A stretch of DNA of 64,000 nucleotides, taken from IMG/VR virus record IMGVR_UViG_3300022561_001209, one strand, 5' to 3'. Under the pieces are notes generated by a model that worked only from the letters and a program-made list of their open reading frames with translations, did no database searches and was not told the DNA's origin. Positions within the stretch are counted from its first letter, which is position 1; each line of letters starts with the position of its first letter. Of this stretch, positions 38,473 to 47,793 are shown piece by piece. Origin of the DNA: a virus. Its lineage: Duplodnaviria; Heunggongvirae; Uroviricota; Caudoviricetes. The translations under genes were made by a program, and so were the position numbers.

Positions 38473-38994
38473 TTATTTTGTAAATTTAATATATCTTTCA
38501 ACATCTTTTTCTAGTATGCCTTTAAATGACCTTCCACCATTACCACTATTTGTATCAATTAGTATTATGTCATATTTATCTCTGTTTTTAAAACATATTG
38601 CTAAACTATTGTCTTTTAATATCCGACCTATAAAACCACTGTAAGTATAGAAATTTCCAGGTCCCCCTATTTTTAAATCTTCTTCCTTAAATTCATCAGC
38701 TGTTACATCCATTAATCCTTCTATAGGACAGTTATATTCTATTCCATTACCTACTGATACTACCAGTGCCTTTGGATTTACTTTAGTTATTACTCCTAAC
38801 TCAGTGTCTTTTTTATTCTTCACTCTTACTACTTTACCGATATGTGAATTTGCCATCAATAGTGCCCCATCCTCTAATTCTGAATATTGCCAATTTTCTA
38901 CTATTATTCCATTTTTATTTAGTTCCATCAGTTTATTTTTTAATTCCTCAAAACTATTTACTTCTACTTTTAATTTTAGGTTTACTGAATACAT
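38473..38994 (-). CDS. hypothetical protein
   Basis: ORF 173 aa directly downstream of a consensus promoter. Confidence 0.4.
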   Translation of the reverse strand: MYSVNLKLKVEVNSFEELKNKLMELNKNGIIVENWQYSELEDGALLMANSHIGKVVRVKNKKDTELGVITKVNPKALVVSVGNGIEYNCPIEGLMDVTADEFKEEDLKIGGPGNFYTYSGFIGRILKDNSLAICFKNRDKYDIILIDTNSGNGGRSFKGILEKDVERYIKFTK

Positions 38995-39034
38995 TCTGTA
39001 ATTCTCCCTTATTTTTAATTTATTCTATAGTAAT

Positions 39035-39063
39035 ATTATAAACTAAATTTTAACTTTTGTCAA
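39035..39063 (-). promoter_or_regulatory. consensus sigma-A promoter TTGACA-17-TATAAT with UP element
   Basis: minus strand reads GTCTTGACAAAAGTTAAAATTTAGTTTATAAT; -35 at 39058-39063, -10 at 39035-39040. Confidence 0.7.
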
Positions 39064-39090
39064 GACTTTTTTTAAACTTTTAAAAAATTA

Positions 39091-39125
39091 TATTAAAAAA
39101 TCATACATATTAAAATGTATGATTT
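39091..39125 (-). terminator. intrinsic terminator: 11-bp stem AAATCATACAT / ATGTATGATTT, 6-nt loop, then TTTTTT
   Basis: immediately after the stop of ORF 39140-39994; the stem contains the GTATGA half-site of the iteron motif. Confidence 0.65.
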
Positions 39126-39139
39126 AATTTTAGTTGTAT

Positions 39140-39994
39140 TTAATTAGCCTGCTCTTGTGCTTTCCTATAATTGTTATATTCATTTAATTCTTTTATCAAT
39201 TTTTTTGTGAATTCACTTGTTTCTTTTTCTTCTGTTTTACTTTCTTCTACAACTATATCTTCAGTTTCCCTGCCTTCTTCAGTTACATCAGTTTCAGTTA
39301 CAGGTTTATTTTTCATAAACACCTGTTTCTCAAAAGGAAATTCTGTAATATATCCTTCATTATTTACAAAATCTTTTATATAATTTATCAAATACTGTGA
39401 TAAAGTTATATCAGGTTTTTCTTCTTTATATTTAATTGTCTGTTTTTCTAATGCTAATTTTAAGTTTTCATGTGCCTTTCTATCAAACTCTTTGTAACTA
39501 ATATCTGTACTTCTTAAAGCACTAAATAAATCTCTTCTACTTTCATCAGTAATTTTCCATTTTCCATTAGTTTTTTCTAAACTAACTGTTAAATTAGTTT
39601 TCTTACTGCTGCCTAAGTTCTTTTTAGTTATATTCACGTATATATTATGACTATCCGGTAAATTTACTATTTCATTACTTACTACAGCTAGTCTTTCTAT
39701 AAATGTGTGATACATAATAAGTTCGTAAGTTAATTTTGTATTATCTATTCCTGTTACTTCTAATTCAACTGATGCCTTATTATTATTCACTTCTATATCT
39801 TTTATACTGTGTTTTACAGCCTCTTTTTCTACCATATCGAGCTCCTTATTACCCAATACTTGTTCTAAATTATTAAAGTAATCTTCTACAACTTCCCTTA
39901 CTCCTATCTGTTCTCCAGTAAATGTTCCTCCATAAATTGTGTATGCTGTCAATATAAAACATAATATCATAAATAAAACAAGTGGCTTTGTCAT
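39140..39994 (-). CDS. membrane-anchored/secreted hypothetical protein
   Basis: N-terminal hydrophobic helix, 284 aa; flanked by its own terminator. Confidence 0.45.
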   Translation of the reverse strand: MTKPLVLFMILCFILTAYTIYGGTFTGEQIGVREVVEDYFNNLEQVLGNKELDMVEKEAVKHSIKDIEVNNNKASVELEVTGIDNTKLTYELIMYHTFIERLAVVSNEIVNLPDSHNIYVNITKKNLGSSKKTNLTVSLEKTNGKWKITDESRRDLFSALRSTDISYKEFDRKAHENLKLALEKQTIKYKEEKPDITLSQYLINYIKDFVNNEGYITEFPFEKQVFMKNKPVTETDVTEEGRETEDIVVEESKTEEKETSEFTKKLIKELNEYNNYRKAQEQAN

Positions 39995-40068
39995 AAATAG
40001 TTCACCTCTCCTTATTTTAAGCCTTATTATTTATTATAACCTTTTAGTTGTAAAATATACCTAACGTA

Positions 40069-40102
40069 AATGAAAAAATCATACATATTAATATGTATGA
40101 TT
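40069..40102 (-). terminator. intrinsic terminator, identical 11-bp stem AAATCATACAT / ATGTATGATTT
   Basis: perfect palindrome AAATCATACATATTAATATGTATGATTT followed on the minus strand by TTTTTTC; directly after the stop of ORF 40112-40486. Confidence 0.65.
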
Positions 40103-40111
40103 TAAGTACGT

Positions 40112-40486
40112 TTATAACTCTATTTGCTTACCAATTAAACTTCCAAGAAATAAAACTGTCTCTTTATTTGCTTCCGTAAACAATCCTATATTATTTTCCA
40201 ATAGCTTTATTGTTCCGTCTTTATCTAAGTACAATGTCATTATTTCACAAGACATATTCAAATCTTCTTTAGTTAATTCACATTCTTCAGGTGCAAAAGT
40301 TAAATCAGCTTCATCTCTGTCTATGAATCTTATCACTGTTTCGTCTTCTTTTTCTTCTACTTCAGTTTCAAGTTCACCAAATACATGCATTGCTCCTGTT
40401 AACATTTTTTTGAATTCCTCTAATGTACATGATGCTTCTGTAAAATATGTGTCTCTTACCTTTTCATAGAATTCTTTTTTAGTCAT
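40112..40486 (-). CDS. hypothetical protein
   Basis: ORF 124 aa. Confidence 0.4.
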   Translation of the reverse strand: MTKKEFYEKVRDTYFTEASCTLEEFKKMLTGAMHVFGELETEVEEKEDETVIRFIDRDEADLTFAPEECELTKEDLNMSCEIMTLYLDKDGTIKLLENNIGLFTEANKETVLFLGSLIGKQIEL

Positions 40487-40498
40487 TATTATCTCCCA

Positions 40499-41299
40499 TT
40501 ATTTTATCTCTAATATTTCTTTAAATATTTCATAGTTTCCTTTTTTTCCAGGTCTATCATAAACTGCAAATACTACTTTTTTAAATAAATGTAACATGTC
40601 CTCTTCTATAAGAAGTTCCAACCAATTATTTGCTACATCTTTAGTATTATTTCCAAATACACCACATCCGAATGCACCTAATACTACTGTTTTACAACCC
40701 TCACTAGTCATTAACTTTAGTATTTTTCTCATTCTGTTTTTCATTGCTCTTTTAGCTTCTTCTTCATTTTCCTGGTGTTTTAATACTTGTTCCATGTTTA
40801 CAGCTGCTGATGTTACTACTGTGACTGTCTTAGGTTTTTCTACTAGCTTAAAACTTCCTGTTCTAAAAAATCCCACATCTCCAATAATCATATTGTCTGT
40901 GTACATTTTACTCTTTACTTTATTATTAATTTCGTAAAACTCATTTCCCTCAAGTGTGTCATACAAATTGCTACAATAAGCTAAACATTCTTCTTGTGCC
41001 ATTGCACCGTTTTGAAATCCCCCACCAGGATTGTGTGCTGATGCAAAGTTTAGTACACCTATATTATCTTCTTTCAATCTAAATATAGTGTCTACTGTAC
41101 TTTCATTTACTATCTCTATTTCTGTGTTCACAAACTTACTTTGCCTGCTCACATCTAGTTTTTCTAAATAATCATTTCCGTAAAAATCTCCTATTTCTAT
41201 GTAGTTTAATTTAACTGTTTTACCATTTACTTTGTATTGTCCTGCTCCTACTATATCTAAAGTTTCTTTAGCTAAGTCCTTTAGCCTATTTCTATCCAT
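40499..41299 (-). CDS. bacterial-type poly(ADP-ribose) glycohydrolase-like macrodomain protein (DUF2263/TIGR02452 family)
   Basis: exact PARG signature GGG-x7-QEE (NFASAHNPGGGFQNGAMAQEECL) plus diphosphate-binding loop GAFGCGVFGN. Confidence 0.7.
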   Translation of the reverse strand: MDRNRLKDLAKETLDIVGAGQYKVNGKTVKLNYIEIGDFYGNDYLEKLDVSRQSKFVNTEIEIVNESTVDTIFRLKEDNIGVLNFASAHNPGGGFQNGAMAQEECLAYCSNLYDTLEGNEFYEINNKVKSKMYTDNMIIGDVGFFRTGSFKLVEKPKTVTVVTSAAVNMEQVLKHQENEEEAKRAMKNRMRKILKLMTSEGCKTVVLGAFGCGVFGNNTKDVANNWLELLIEEDMLHLFKKVVFAVYDRPGKKGNYEIFKEILEIK

Positions 41300-41315
41300 A
41301 TTTTCACCTTTTAGT

Positions 41316-41639
41316 TTATATTGATATTTTATTAATTCTTTCTTTATATACTTCTAATTCATGTTCCACAATCTTTTTTATATGTTCCCCTGCAAATTTT
41401 TTATCTTCTGTATAAATCTGCTTGTTTGTTCCACCAGTTCCAAAATTAATTTGTTTAATATTAGAAGTTGATATTTCTTCGTCCCAATCTTCTAACCATC
41501 TTTCTAATGCTTCAATCTTAAGTTTTAAATTATCATGTTCTTCTAGTATCTGCTTTGCCATTTCTCCTGCTTCTACTTCTTCTTTTAGTTTATTTAATTG
41601 CTCTTTTGATAACATATTAAATCCCTCCATTTTCTTCAT
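41316..41639 (-). CDS. hypothetical protein
   Basis: ORF 107 aa. Confidence 0.35.
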   Translation of the reverse strand: MKKMEGFNMLSKEQLNKLKEEVEAGEMAKQILEEHDNLKLKIEALERWLEDWDEEISTSNIKQINFGTGGTNKQIYTEDKKFAGEHIKKIVEHELEVYKERINKISI

Positions 41640-41914
41640 CTCTCTTAATTCTTTTTAATAGTACTTTTAATTTAGCATTTGCTTCTTTCATGTCTAAACT
41701 CACTTTAGTATCATATGCATAAATCCCGTGCATAGTCCCTATGAATAATTTTGTTTACCCTTTAACGTTCCACATCTCAAATGCAATTACTTCATCTTCT
41801 TGTATATAAGGCATATCTACGCCATCTATAATAGTATACACTGTATCCCCTATATTACAAGGTAAGTCAATACATTTTCTCATTTTTATCCATCTTTCTA
41901 TTTTAATTTTAATT

Positions 41915-41943
41915 CAAATTCAATTCGTTATAGTTACTAGTCT
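41915..41943. promoter_or_regulatory. conserved intergenic motif CAAATTCAAT..TTATAGTTACTAGT (copy 2 of 4), followed by an 8-bp inverted repeat CTAGTCTG/CAGACTAG
   Basis: sequence match to 16105-16133. Confidence 0.5.
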
Positions 41944-41987
41944 GCTAAATTAATAACAGACTAGTATTTGTTAAAATTAATTATTTG

Positions 41988-42470
41988 TTATTCCTTGTTC
42001 TCTGCTTCTTTATATAGTTTTTCAATCTCTTTAGCTGCTTCTATATATATTTCTTCAATCTCTTTATCTAGTTCTTCGTCACTTTCTTTTTCTTCTACTT
42101 CTACTGTCTCTTCATCCGTAAATTGCTCTTCGGATACTACCAACTCACCATCTCTGGTTATCTCCATGAATTTTCCGTCTATGTATCTCATGTAGTTTCC
42201 GTTTTCACTTATAAAGAGTGTAATCCCATTAGTATATGTACTTTCAGTAAATAACATATAAACTATTTTAGTATCTTTATGATATACTAATTTAACGTTC
42301 ACATATTGATTGTCAGAGTATCGTGTTTTTATATATTTCATCATTTCTTTTGATTCATCAATTTTTCTTCCGTCTTCTTTCACTTCTTCAGCGCTAAAAA
42401 AACATCCTCCTAATGTCATTGACATTAACATTATCACAGTTATCAACAATACTTTTTTCATCTTCATCAT
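41988..42470 (-). CDS. lipoprotein candidate
   Basis: signal peptide ending LGGC (lipobox-like); acidic C-terminus. Confidence 0.45.
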   Translation of the reverse strand: MMKMKKVLLITVIMLMSMTLGGCFFSAEEVKEDGRKIDESKEMMKYIKTRYSDNQYVNVKLVYHKDTKIVYMLFTESTYTNGITLFISENGNYMRYIDGKFMEITRDGELVVSEEQFTDEETVEVEEKESDEELDKEIEEIYIEAAKEIEKLYKEAENKE

Positions 42471-42472
42471 TA

Positions 42473-43417
42473 CTACACCTCAATCACAATCTCTGGAATG
42501 TCTAATAACATTGCCTTTCTTCCATCATTTGCGTAAAATACTTTATCTGACTCTTGAACTACTTCCCCTTGAAACTTTCTCAATACAAATGGCATTATTA
42601 CACTATCTATACACTTAAACTCTACTCCAGGTTTATTTATAAAACTCTTAATATACCCTACCCCAGGAATATGCTTTAATAAGAATAATTCTTGTCTAAA
42701 GTTCACACCCTCATTTGCTGATTCATGATATAATAACGTGTCTATTTTCTTGGTGTATCCTGCTATATCATTACCAGAATAATTTTCTGTCATATCTAAC
42801 ACTATTTCATCATTTGAAAAGAACACTACTAATTCTTTATCAACAAATTCTAATATCTTAGTTAATAATTCGTCCATCAAGTGTTTCTCATATGTTATCT
42901 GTCTTTTAGGTGATTGATTTCCAAATACTACCTGCCTAATATATTTACTTGACTTTAAATATTCAGATTCCGTAAACATACCTATGAATTCTTCATATGT
43001 GTCTTGTCCACCTACTATATCTTTTGAGTAGTGTTTTAATGCTGTAAAATTTGCTTTCTTCATGTCTACACTTAAAAATACTCTGTCACTAAATGAAGGT
43101 TTAAATATGTCTTTACTCGGAAATCCTACGTTCTTAACTTGATACTTGTTCATGTCTTCTTCTTTGAAACGGTTCATTCCCTCTGACTCGCCTAAATAAT
43201 TTATGATTTCATCTTTTAATTTATTGTAATATCCGAAATAGTCCTGTTCGCTATCAAATCCTTCTAATAACTTCATAAACTTGCTATATTTTTTCAATGT
43301 TTCAAATTGCTTATCATATAATTTTAATCTATCTGTAAAATATGGTTCATCAAACATGCTAATTGGAATGTTCATATCTTTACAAAATCTCTCTTTTAAT
43401 TTTCTTGTCATTTCCAT
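42473..43417 (-). CDS. hypothetical protein (314 aa)
   Basis: long ORF, no recognisable motif. Confidence 0.4.
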   Translation of the reverse strand: MEMTRKLKERFCKDMNIPISMFDEPYFTDRLKLYDKQFETLKKYSKFMKLLEGFDSEQDYFGYYNKLKDEIINYLGESEGMNRFKEEDMNKYQVKNVGFPSKDIFKPSFSDRVFLSVDMKKANFTALKHYSKDIVGGQDTYEEFIGMFTESEYLKSSKYIRQVVFGNQSPKRQITYEKHLMDELLTKILEFVDKELVVFFSNDEIVLDMTENYSGNDIAGYTKKIDTLLYHESANEGVNFRQELFLLKHIPGVGYIKSFINKPGVEFKCIDSVIMPFVLRKFQGEVVQESDKVFYANDGRKAMLLDIPEIVIEV

Positions 43418-43444
43418 TTTATATATTTCCTCTCTCTATTAGTT

Positions 43445-43847
43445 ACAAATTTTCAAATGTTATTTCATTAACATCATAGTAATCTGTACATTCACAATCG
43501 TTATAATAACAGTATATAACTTTCCGTAAATCATTTATGTTATATTCAACACCTATCTTATCAAATATTGGCTTATATTTTTCTCTGTCTTTATCATCTA
43601 GTAAAAATGAATATCCATATTCTTCTGTGTCTGCTCCGTATTCATAATAAACTACATAATCTAAGTAATAATCTTTATCTGTAAGTTCAATTTCAACCCA
43701 AGTATCATTCCCACAATTATCCCAAAGTTCTCCTTAGGTTTCTTTTAAGTAGTCCTCACAATCCCAACAATCCTTAACCCATAATTTTTCTATTAATGAT
43801 TTAGGAAATGGAAGTCTTATTACTTTTGCTTTTACATAATCACTCAT
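43445..43847 (-). pseudogene. about 134-codon reading frame interrupted by a single in-frame TAA (minus-strand codon at 43736-43734)
   Basis: ATG at 43847 gives MSDYVKAKVIRLPFPKSLIEKLWVKDCWDCEDYLKET-TAA-GELWDNCGNDTWVEIELTDKDYY...; the frame stays open to 43445. Confidence 0.4.
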
Positions 43848-44043
43848 TTTTAACTCCTTCTGTTACATTTAACATAATTGACATTAATAAATTACATATT
43901 CCACATATCGTTCCGCTTACTACTATTAATACTAGTATCGGCCACATTATTCCTAATACTATATTTCTTCTGTCATTCGTAAATGTTCCTAACATTAATG
44001 TCGATATCATCACTAATACTAAATAAACTATCATTAATTTCAT
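43840..44043 (-). CDS. small membrane protein (2 TM)
   Basis: 67-aa ORF with two hydrophobic helices. Confidence 0.35.
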   Translation of the reverse strand: MKLMIVYLVLVMISTLMLGTFTNDRRNIVLGIMWPILVLIVVSGTICGICNLLMSIMLNVTEGVKNE

Positions 44044-44216
44044 CTTTTGTAAGTCCCCTCACTTGTTTATTGTTATCCCCCATATTTACATGTTTCATAA
44101 TCAATTTATTGTCATCATCTGATAGCTCACAATAATCGTGTTGTCTTCACTCTATTGTTGCTAAGTCTCCTATTACTTTTCTTCCTACTATTTTTATTCT
44201 ATGTTTAGCTTATACT

Positions 44217-44441
44217 TTATTCTGCTATTCCCGTAAATACCTTTGTATCATATGTATTACTTATACCAAATATATTTTTCTTATTGTAATTTATTCTAAT
44301 ACATACAGCTTCACCAGGTTCTTTCTTTTCACTTGTTCCATTTACTTCAAAATGTGTATTTGTATATACACTTCTTTTATTTAATATCTCTGTTTCTAGA
44401 TTAACTTTATTTATTTCAGATAAATAACCTTTGTCTTCCAC
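44217..44441 (-). CDS. hypothetical small protein
   Basis: ORF. Confidence 0.3.
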   Translation of the reverse strand: MEDKGYLSEINKVNLETEILNKRSVYTNTHFEVNGTSEKKEPGEAVCIRINYNKKNIFGISNTYDTKVFTGIAE

Positions 44442-44599
44442 TAACTCTATGTATTTATCCCCTATATTTTCTATTGCATCATCTTAATCATAAGGTTTAA
44501 ATCTAGTGTCAGGGTCAACTATTACTACTGTTAATGCAATTATTAATGCAAAAATTAATATTCCTCCACTTGTTTTGTCCACTTCTTCCCCTGTAGAAT

Positions 44600-45295
44600 T
44601 TATTTTATTAATTCTATTCTTGCTGTTATATCTTCCAGTACTCCGTCCCAATTAATCCAGAACATAACATCATTTGTATCTTTTATACTATCTACTAATT
44701 CTTTACTATGTCGTAAACTTAACTCCTGTTTTTTTATTCTATCTATTAAATCCCCCTCATAGTCTGTACCGTATTTTTCACACAAAGATTCATATTTATC
44801 TGATTCTTCCAAACTACCAAATGCTGCTTTACATTCAATATTAAATGTATTTCCTTTTGTTGGTATATATCCTCTTAAGTTCTTTCCATCCCAATATATT
44901 ATGAAATATACAGGTTCTTCCCAATCTCCACCCATCGCTCCACCTATGAATGATATTCCATTTATAACTTGATATCCTAATAAATCTATATTATTATCTT
45001 TCTCACTATAATCAGGGTCTTTTTCATCTCTATGATAATTGAAATCTCCAGAAATATCTACATTTTCACTGTCTACAACGATTTTACTCAAGTCATCTGT
45101 TACTTTTGATAGTTCAGTATAGCACTCTCTACCCATTATTAAGTGCATTAGTGTAGTTTTATAATCTTTCTCGTCTTCTTCACACACTTGGTTATTTATT
45201 CCGATTTTAAGTATTTTTTTAGCAAATTCTTCTTCTGTCATAAATTTAGCTTTTCTACCCTTATTCTTTAATTTCACATTCATGTTAATATACAT
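44600..45295 (-). CDS. hypothetical protein
   Basis: ORF 231 aa. Confidence 0.4.
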   Translation of the reverse strand: MYINMNVKLKNKGRKAKFMTEEEFAKKILKIGINNQVCEEDEKDYKTTLMHLIMGRECYTELSKVTDDLSKIVVDSENVDISGDFNYHRDEKDPDYSEKDNNIDLLGYQVINGISFIGGAMGGDWEEPVYFIIYWDGKNLRGYIPTKGNTFNIECKAAFGSLEESDKYESLCEKYGTDYEGDLIDRIKKQELSLRHSKELVDSIKDTNDVMFWINWDGVLEDITARIELIK

Positions 45296-45308
45296 AATGT
45301 AATCCTCC

Positions 45309-45509
45309 CTAGTCTATTCCGTAAATTCTTTTTATTAGTTCGTCATCGCTCATTCGTTGTTTAGTACCCTTTTCCTGTGTATCGCTATTATCTTCAAATG
45401 AATTCAACTTTTTCTGTATTTCTTCTTTAGTTGGATAATATGCTGCAAATGAATTATATATCTTCATGCTTGCTCTTTCTTTGCTCTCCATCCCAGTTTT
45501 TCCCCTCAA
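45309..45509 (-). CDS. hypothetical small protein
   Basis: ORF. Confidence 0.3.
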   Translation of the reverse strand: MRGKTGMESKERASMKIYNSFAAYYPTKEEIQKKLNSFEDNSDTQEKGTKQRMSDDELIKRIYGID

Positions 45510-45698
45510 TTATTTTAATTATTTTATTTTTATCTTTTTAATTCTTATTTAGTTGTATATTATTCTACAAATTGATTACATATCTTTATATGTATTCTTT
45601 CTTTATTTTCTTCTGTCACCTTTTTAAATCTTCTTCACTAGTTTCTTTTCCTTTGATAGTTGTTTCATAATCAAAGAACTGTAAATCTAATTTTATGT

Positions 45699-46724
45699 CT
45701 ACATCAACCCTTTAATTATCTTACCGTTAATATCCATAATGAGTTCTTCTATCTTCTTAGAGTCAGGCTCTTTAGGTAAAAATGTGTTTTTAGCTGCGTA
45801 CTTAAATCTTTTCTTGTATTCTTCTACTAATTCAAAGAAACTCTCGTCATAGCTTTCATCATCTTTTCTATATCCACCTGTTCTTATTTTCCGTAAAATA
45901 TCTAGTTCATTCTCTCTATATGTCACTATTTTACCTCTTTCTAATATGTCTAAACCCATAATGTATAGTCTAATTAAGTGCTGGGCATGTTTATCTAAAT
46001 GGTTATCATCTTTCTTTTTGTTTCTGTGATTTACTTTGTCGTAAAGTCTAATTACATTCTGCATTTCACCTAACATTCCTGCTAACTCTCTTAAAGAATA
46101 TTCTTTTAAATCGATTGTAACTTTAATTTCTTTGTCCATATCCTCTTTATCACTATCACCTAAATCTAATATTACTTTATTTTCATCAAACTCTGTGTAT
46201 CTACTTTCAAATGTCATCATAGCGTTTCTAATAGAGTTTAATATATGTTCTTCTTTCTTTACCTGCCCTAGTCTATCTCTTGCTAAGGCATTTTCCAACC
46301 TACTTAGTTGTTGGCTTGCATAACCGGAGAAACTTCCAATAGCTTTCTGAGATAGAAATATATCTCTGTTATCTAATAGTTGTTGTCCTTCTTTTGAAAC
46401 TATTAAATAATGTTCAGGTTTACATCCAAGTATCTCAATTACGTTAGGATTACAGTTCATTAGTAACTTAATCATCTTATTGAATGCATAAATAGTAGTG
46501 TCTGTGTTTGTCTCTACTATTTGCTCAAATTCTGTTAGCCCTATTAAATCTGAAGGTCTCTCTAATGCTACCCCTCGAACATCTATATCGCTTTGTCCGT
46601 CTTCTCTTTGAGTTCCGTATGCATGACTTCCGCCTAATGATAGTAACATTATTCTATCTTTTAAGTGTTCATCTTCCCTTAAGAAATCATATTCTTTAGC
46701 TTCTATTACTTTTTTAAAGTCCAT
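45699..46724 (-). CDS. polymerase-beta superfamily nucleotidyltransferase
   Basis: minimal NTase motif LSLGGSHAYGTQREDGQSDIDVRGV (GS...D-x-D) near the N-terminus with a helical C-terminal domain; resembles the predicted-nucleotidyltransferase family common in phage genomes. Confidence 0.55.
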   Translation of the reverse strand: MDFKKVIEAKEYDFLREDEHLKDRIMLLSLGGSHAYGTQREDGQSDIDVRGVALERPSDLIGLTEFEQIVETNTDTTIYAFNKMIKLLMNCNPNVIEILGCKPEHYLIVSKEGQQLLDNRDIFLSQKAIGSFSGYASQQLSRLENALARDRLGQVKKEEHILNSIRNAMMTFESRYTEFDENKVILDLGDSDKEDMDKEIKVTIDLKEYSLRELAGMLGEMQNVIRLYDKVNHRNKKKDDNHLDKHAQHLIRLYIMGLDILERGKIVTYRENELDILRKIRTGGYRKDDESYDESFFELVEEYKKRFKYAAKNTFLPKEPDSKKIEELIMDINGKIIKGLM

Positions 46725-46769
46725 ATTTAAGTTCTCCTTATCTTTGATTATATAAACTCTCCATTTCTT

Positions 46770-47147
46770 TTATCTTAACTGTTTTCTTGTCAATTTTATA
46801 ATTTCCATCATTCTTTCATCTGTCTTGGATATTTGTGTATATATTTTAAGTATATTACTCTCAACCATGAACATTAATCTGTCTATATTGATAGGTTCTA
46901 CATCAAAACCACTGAAACACATAGCTTCATTTATATTTCCTATGAATTTTAGCTCAGTTTCATTTGTTTCAGTATCAAAAGTAAGAATCTCTATTGTATA
47001 ATTCATTCCCTCATTCATTAAAAACTCTTGATATTTTTTATCTAATGAGTAAAAATTTTCTTTTAACTCCAACCTAGTTGTTTCTGATTTGTACATTCTT
47101 TCTGGGTCTATTTTAAGTTTATCAAATATATCTAACTGTTTTTCCAT
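46770..47147 (-). CDS. hypothetical protein
   Basis: ORF 125 aa. Confidence 0.35.
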   Translation of the reverse strand: MEKQLDIFDKLKIDPERMYKSETTRLELKENFYSLDKKYQEFLMNEGMNYTIEILTFDTETNETELKFIGNINEAMCFSGFDVEPINIDRLMFMVESNILKIYTQISKTDERMMEIIKLTRKQLR

Positions 47148-47160
47148 GTTATTCTCCTAT

Positions 47161-47361
47161 TTATCCGTTGTATTTCTCACAACTTCCGCCTCTTTGTACT
47201 GATTGAGGTATACACTTATATTTGTCACATACTGTATCTAAACCGTCTTTTCTATTTTTACAATTCTTGCACTTTCTGTCGTAAACTATCTTCTCTTTTA
47301 TTCTAGCACTTCCTGCATAGTGATGTCTTCCTTTATACATATACCAAGGTGTATTGTTCAT
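47161..47361 (-). CDS. small Cys-rich protein
   Basis: CKNCKN...CDKYKC...C in 66 aa. Confidence 0.35.
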   Translation of the reverse strand: MNNTPWYMYKGRHHYAGSARIKEKIVYDRKCKNCKNRKDGLDTVCDKYKCIPQSVQRGGSCEKYNG

Positions 47362-47651
47362 TTTCTGTTTCCCCTCTTATTATTAAGTTCTTTTAATTTT
47401 TGTTCTACATCAATTTTCTCTATTTCCCAATAACTTATACATGTGTTTAAAGCATCTGCTCTACTATAACTTACTAAATGTAACATTTTATTCTGTTTTC
47501 TTTCCTCGTTCAACTTCTTTTGTTGCTCTATTGAATACTCACATTGTTTACTAAATTCTGTACTTAATTCTTTTATGTTTATGTCTATTTTTATTATCTC
47601 TCTCTTTAATCCTAGAGCAATCTTTTGTTTCCTAGTTTTCCTTTTCTTCAT
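47358..47651 (-). CDS. hypothetical basic protein
   Basis: ORF 97 aa directly downstream of a consensus promoter. Confidence 0.35.
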   Translation of the reverse strand: MKKRKTRKQKIALGLKREIIKIDINIKELSTEFSKQCEYSIEQQKKLNEERKQNKMLHLVSYSRADALNTCISYWEIEKIDVEQKLKELNNKRGNRK

Positions 47652-47700
47652 GACTCCGACCCCTTAATTTATAAAATTTCTATTAAATATATTATAAACT

Positions 47701-47729
47701 ATTTTAACCATTTTGTCAATACTTATTTT
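47701..47729 (-). promoter_or_regulatory. consensus sigma-A promoter TTGACA-17-TATAAT with UP element
   Basis: minus strand reads GTATTGACAAAATGGTTAAAATAGTTTATAAT; -35 at 47724-47729, -10 at 47701-47706. Confidence 0.7.
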
Positions 47730-47793
47730 AAACTTTTTTTAATAATTTTAAAAAATAAAAAAGGAATGAATTTTCATTCATCCCTTTTCCTTA

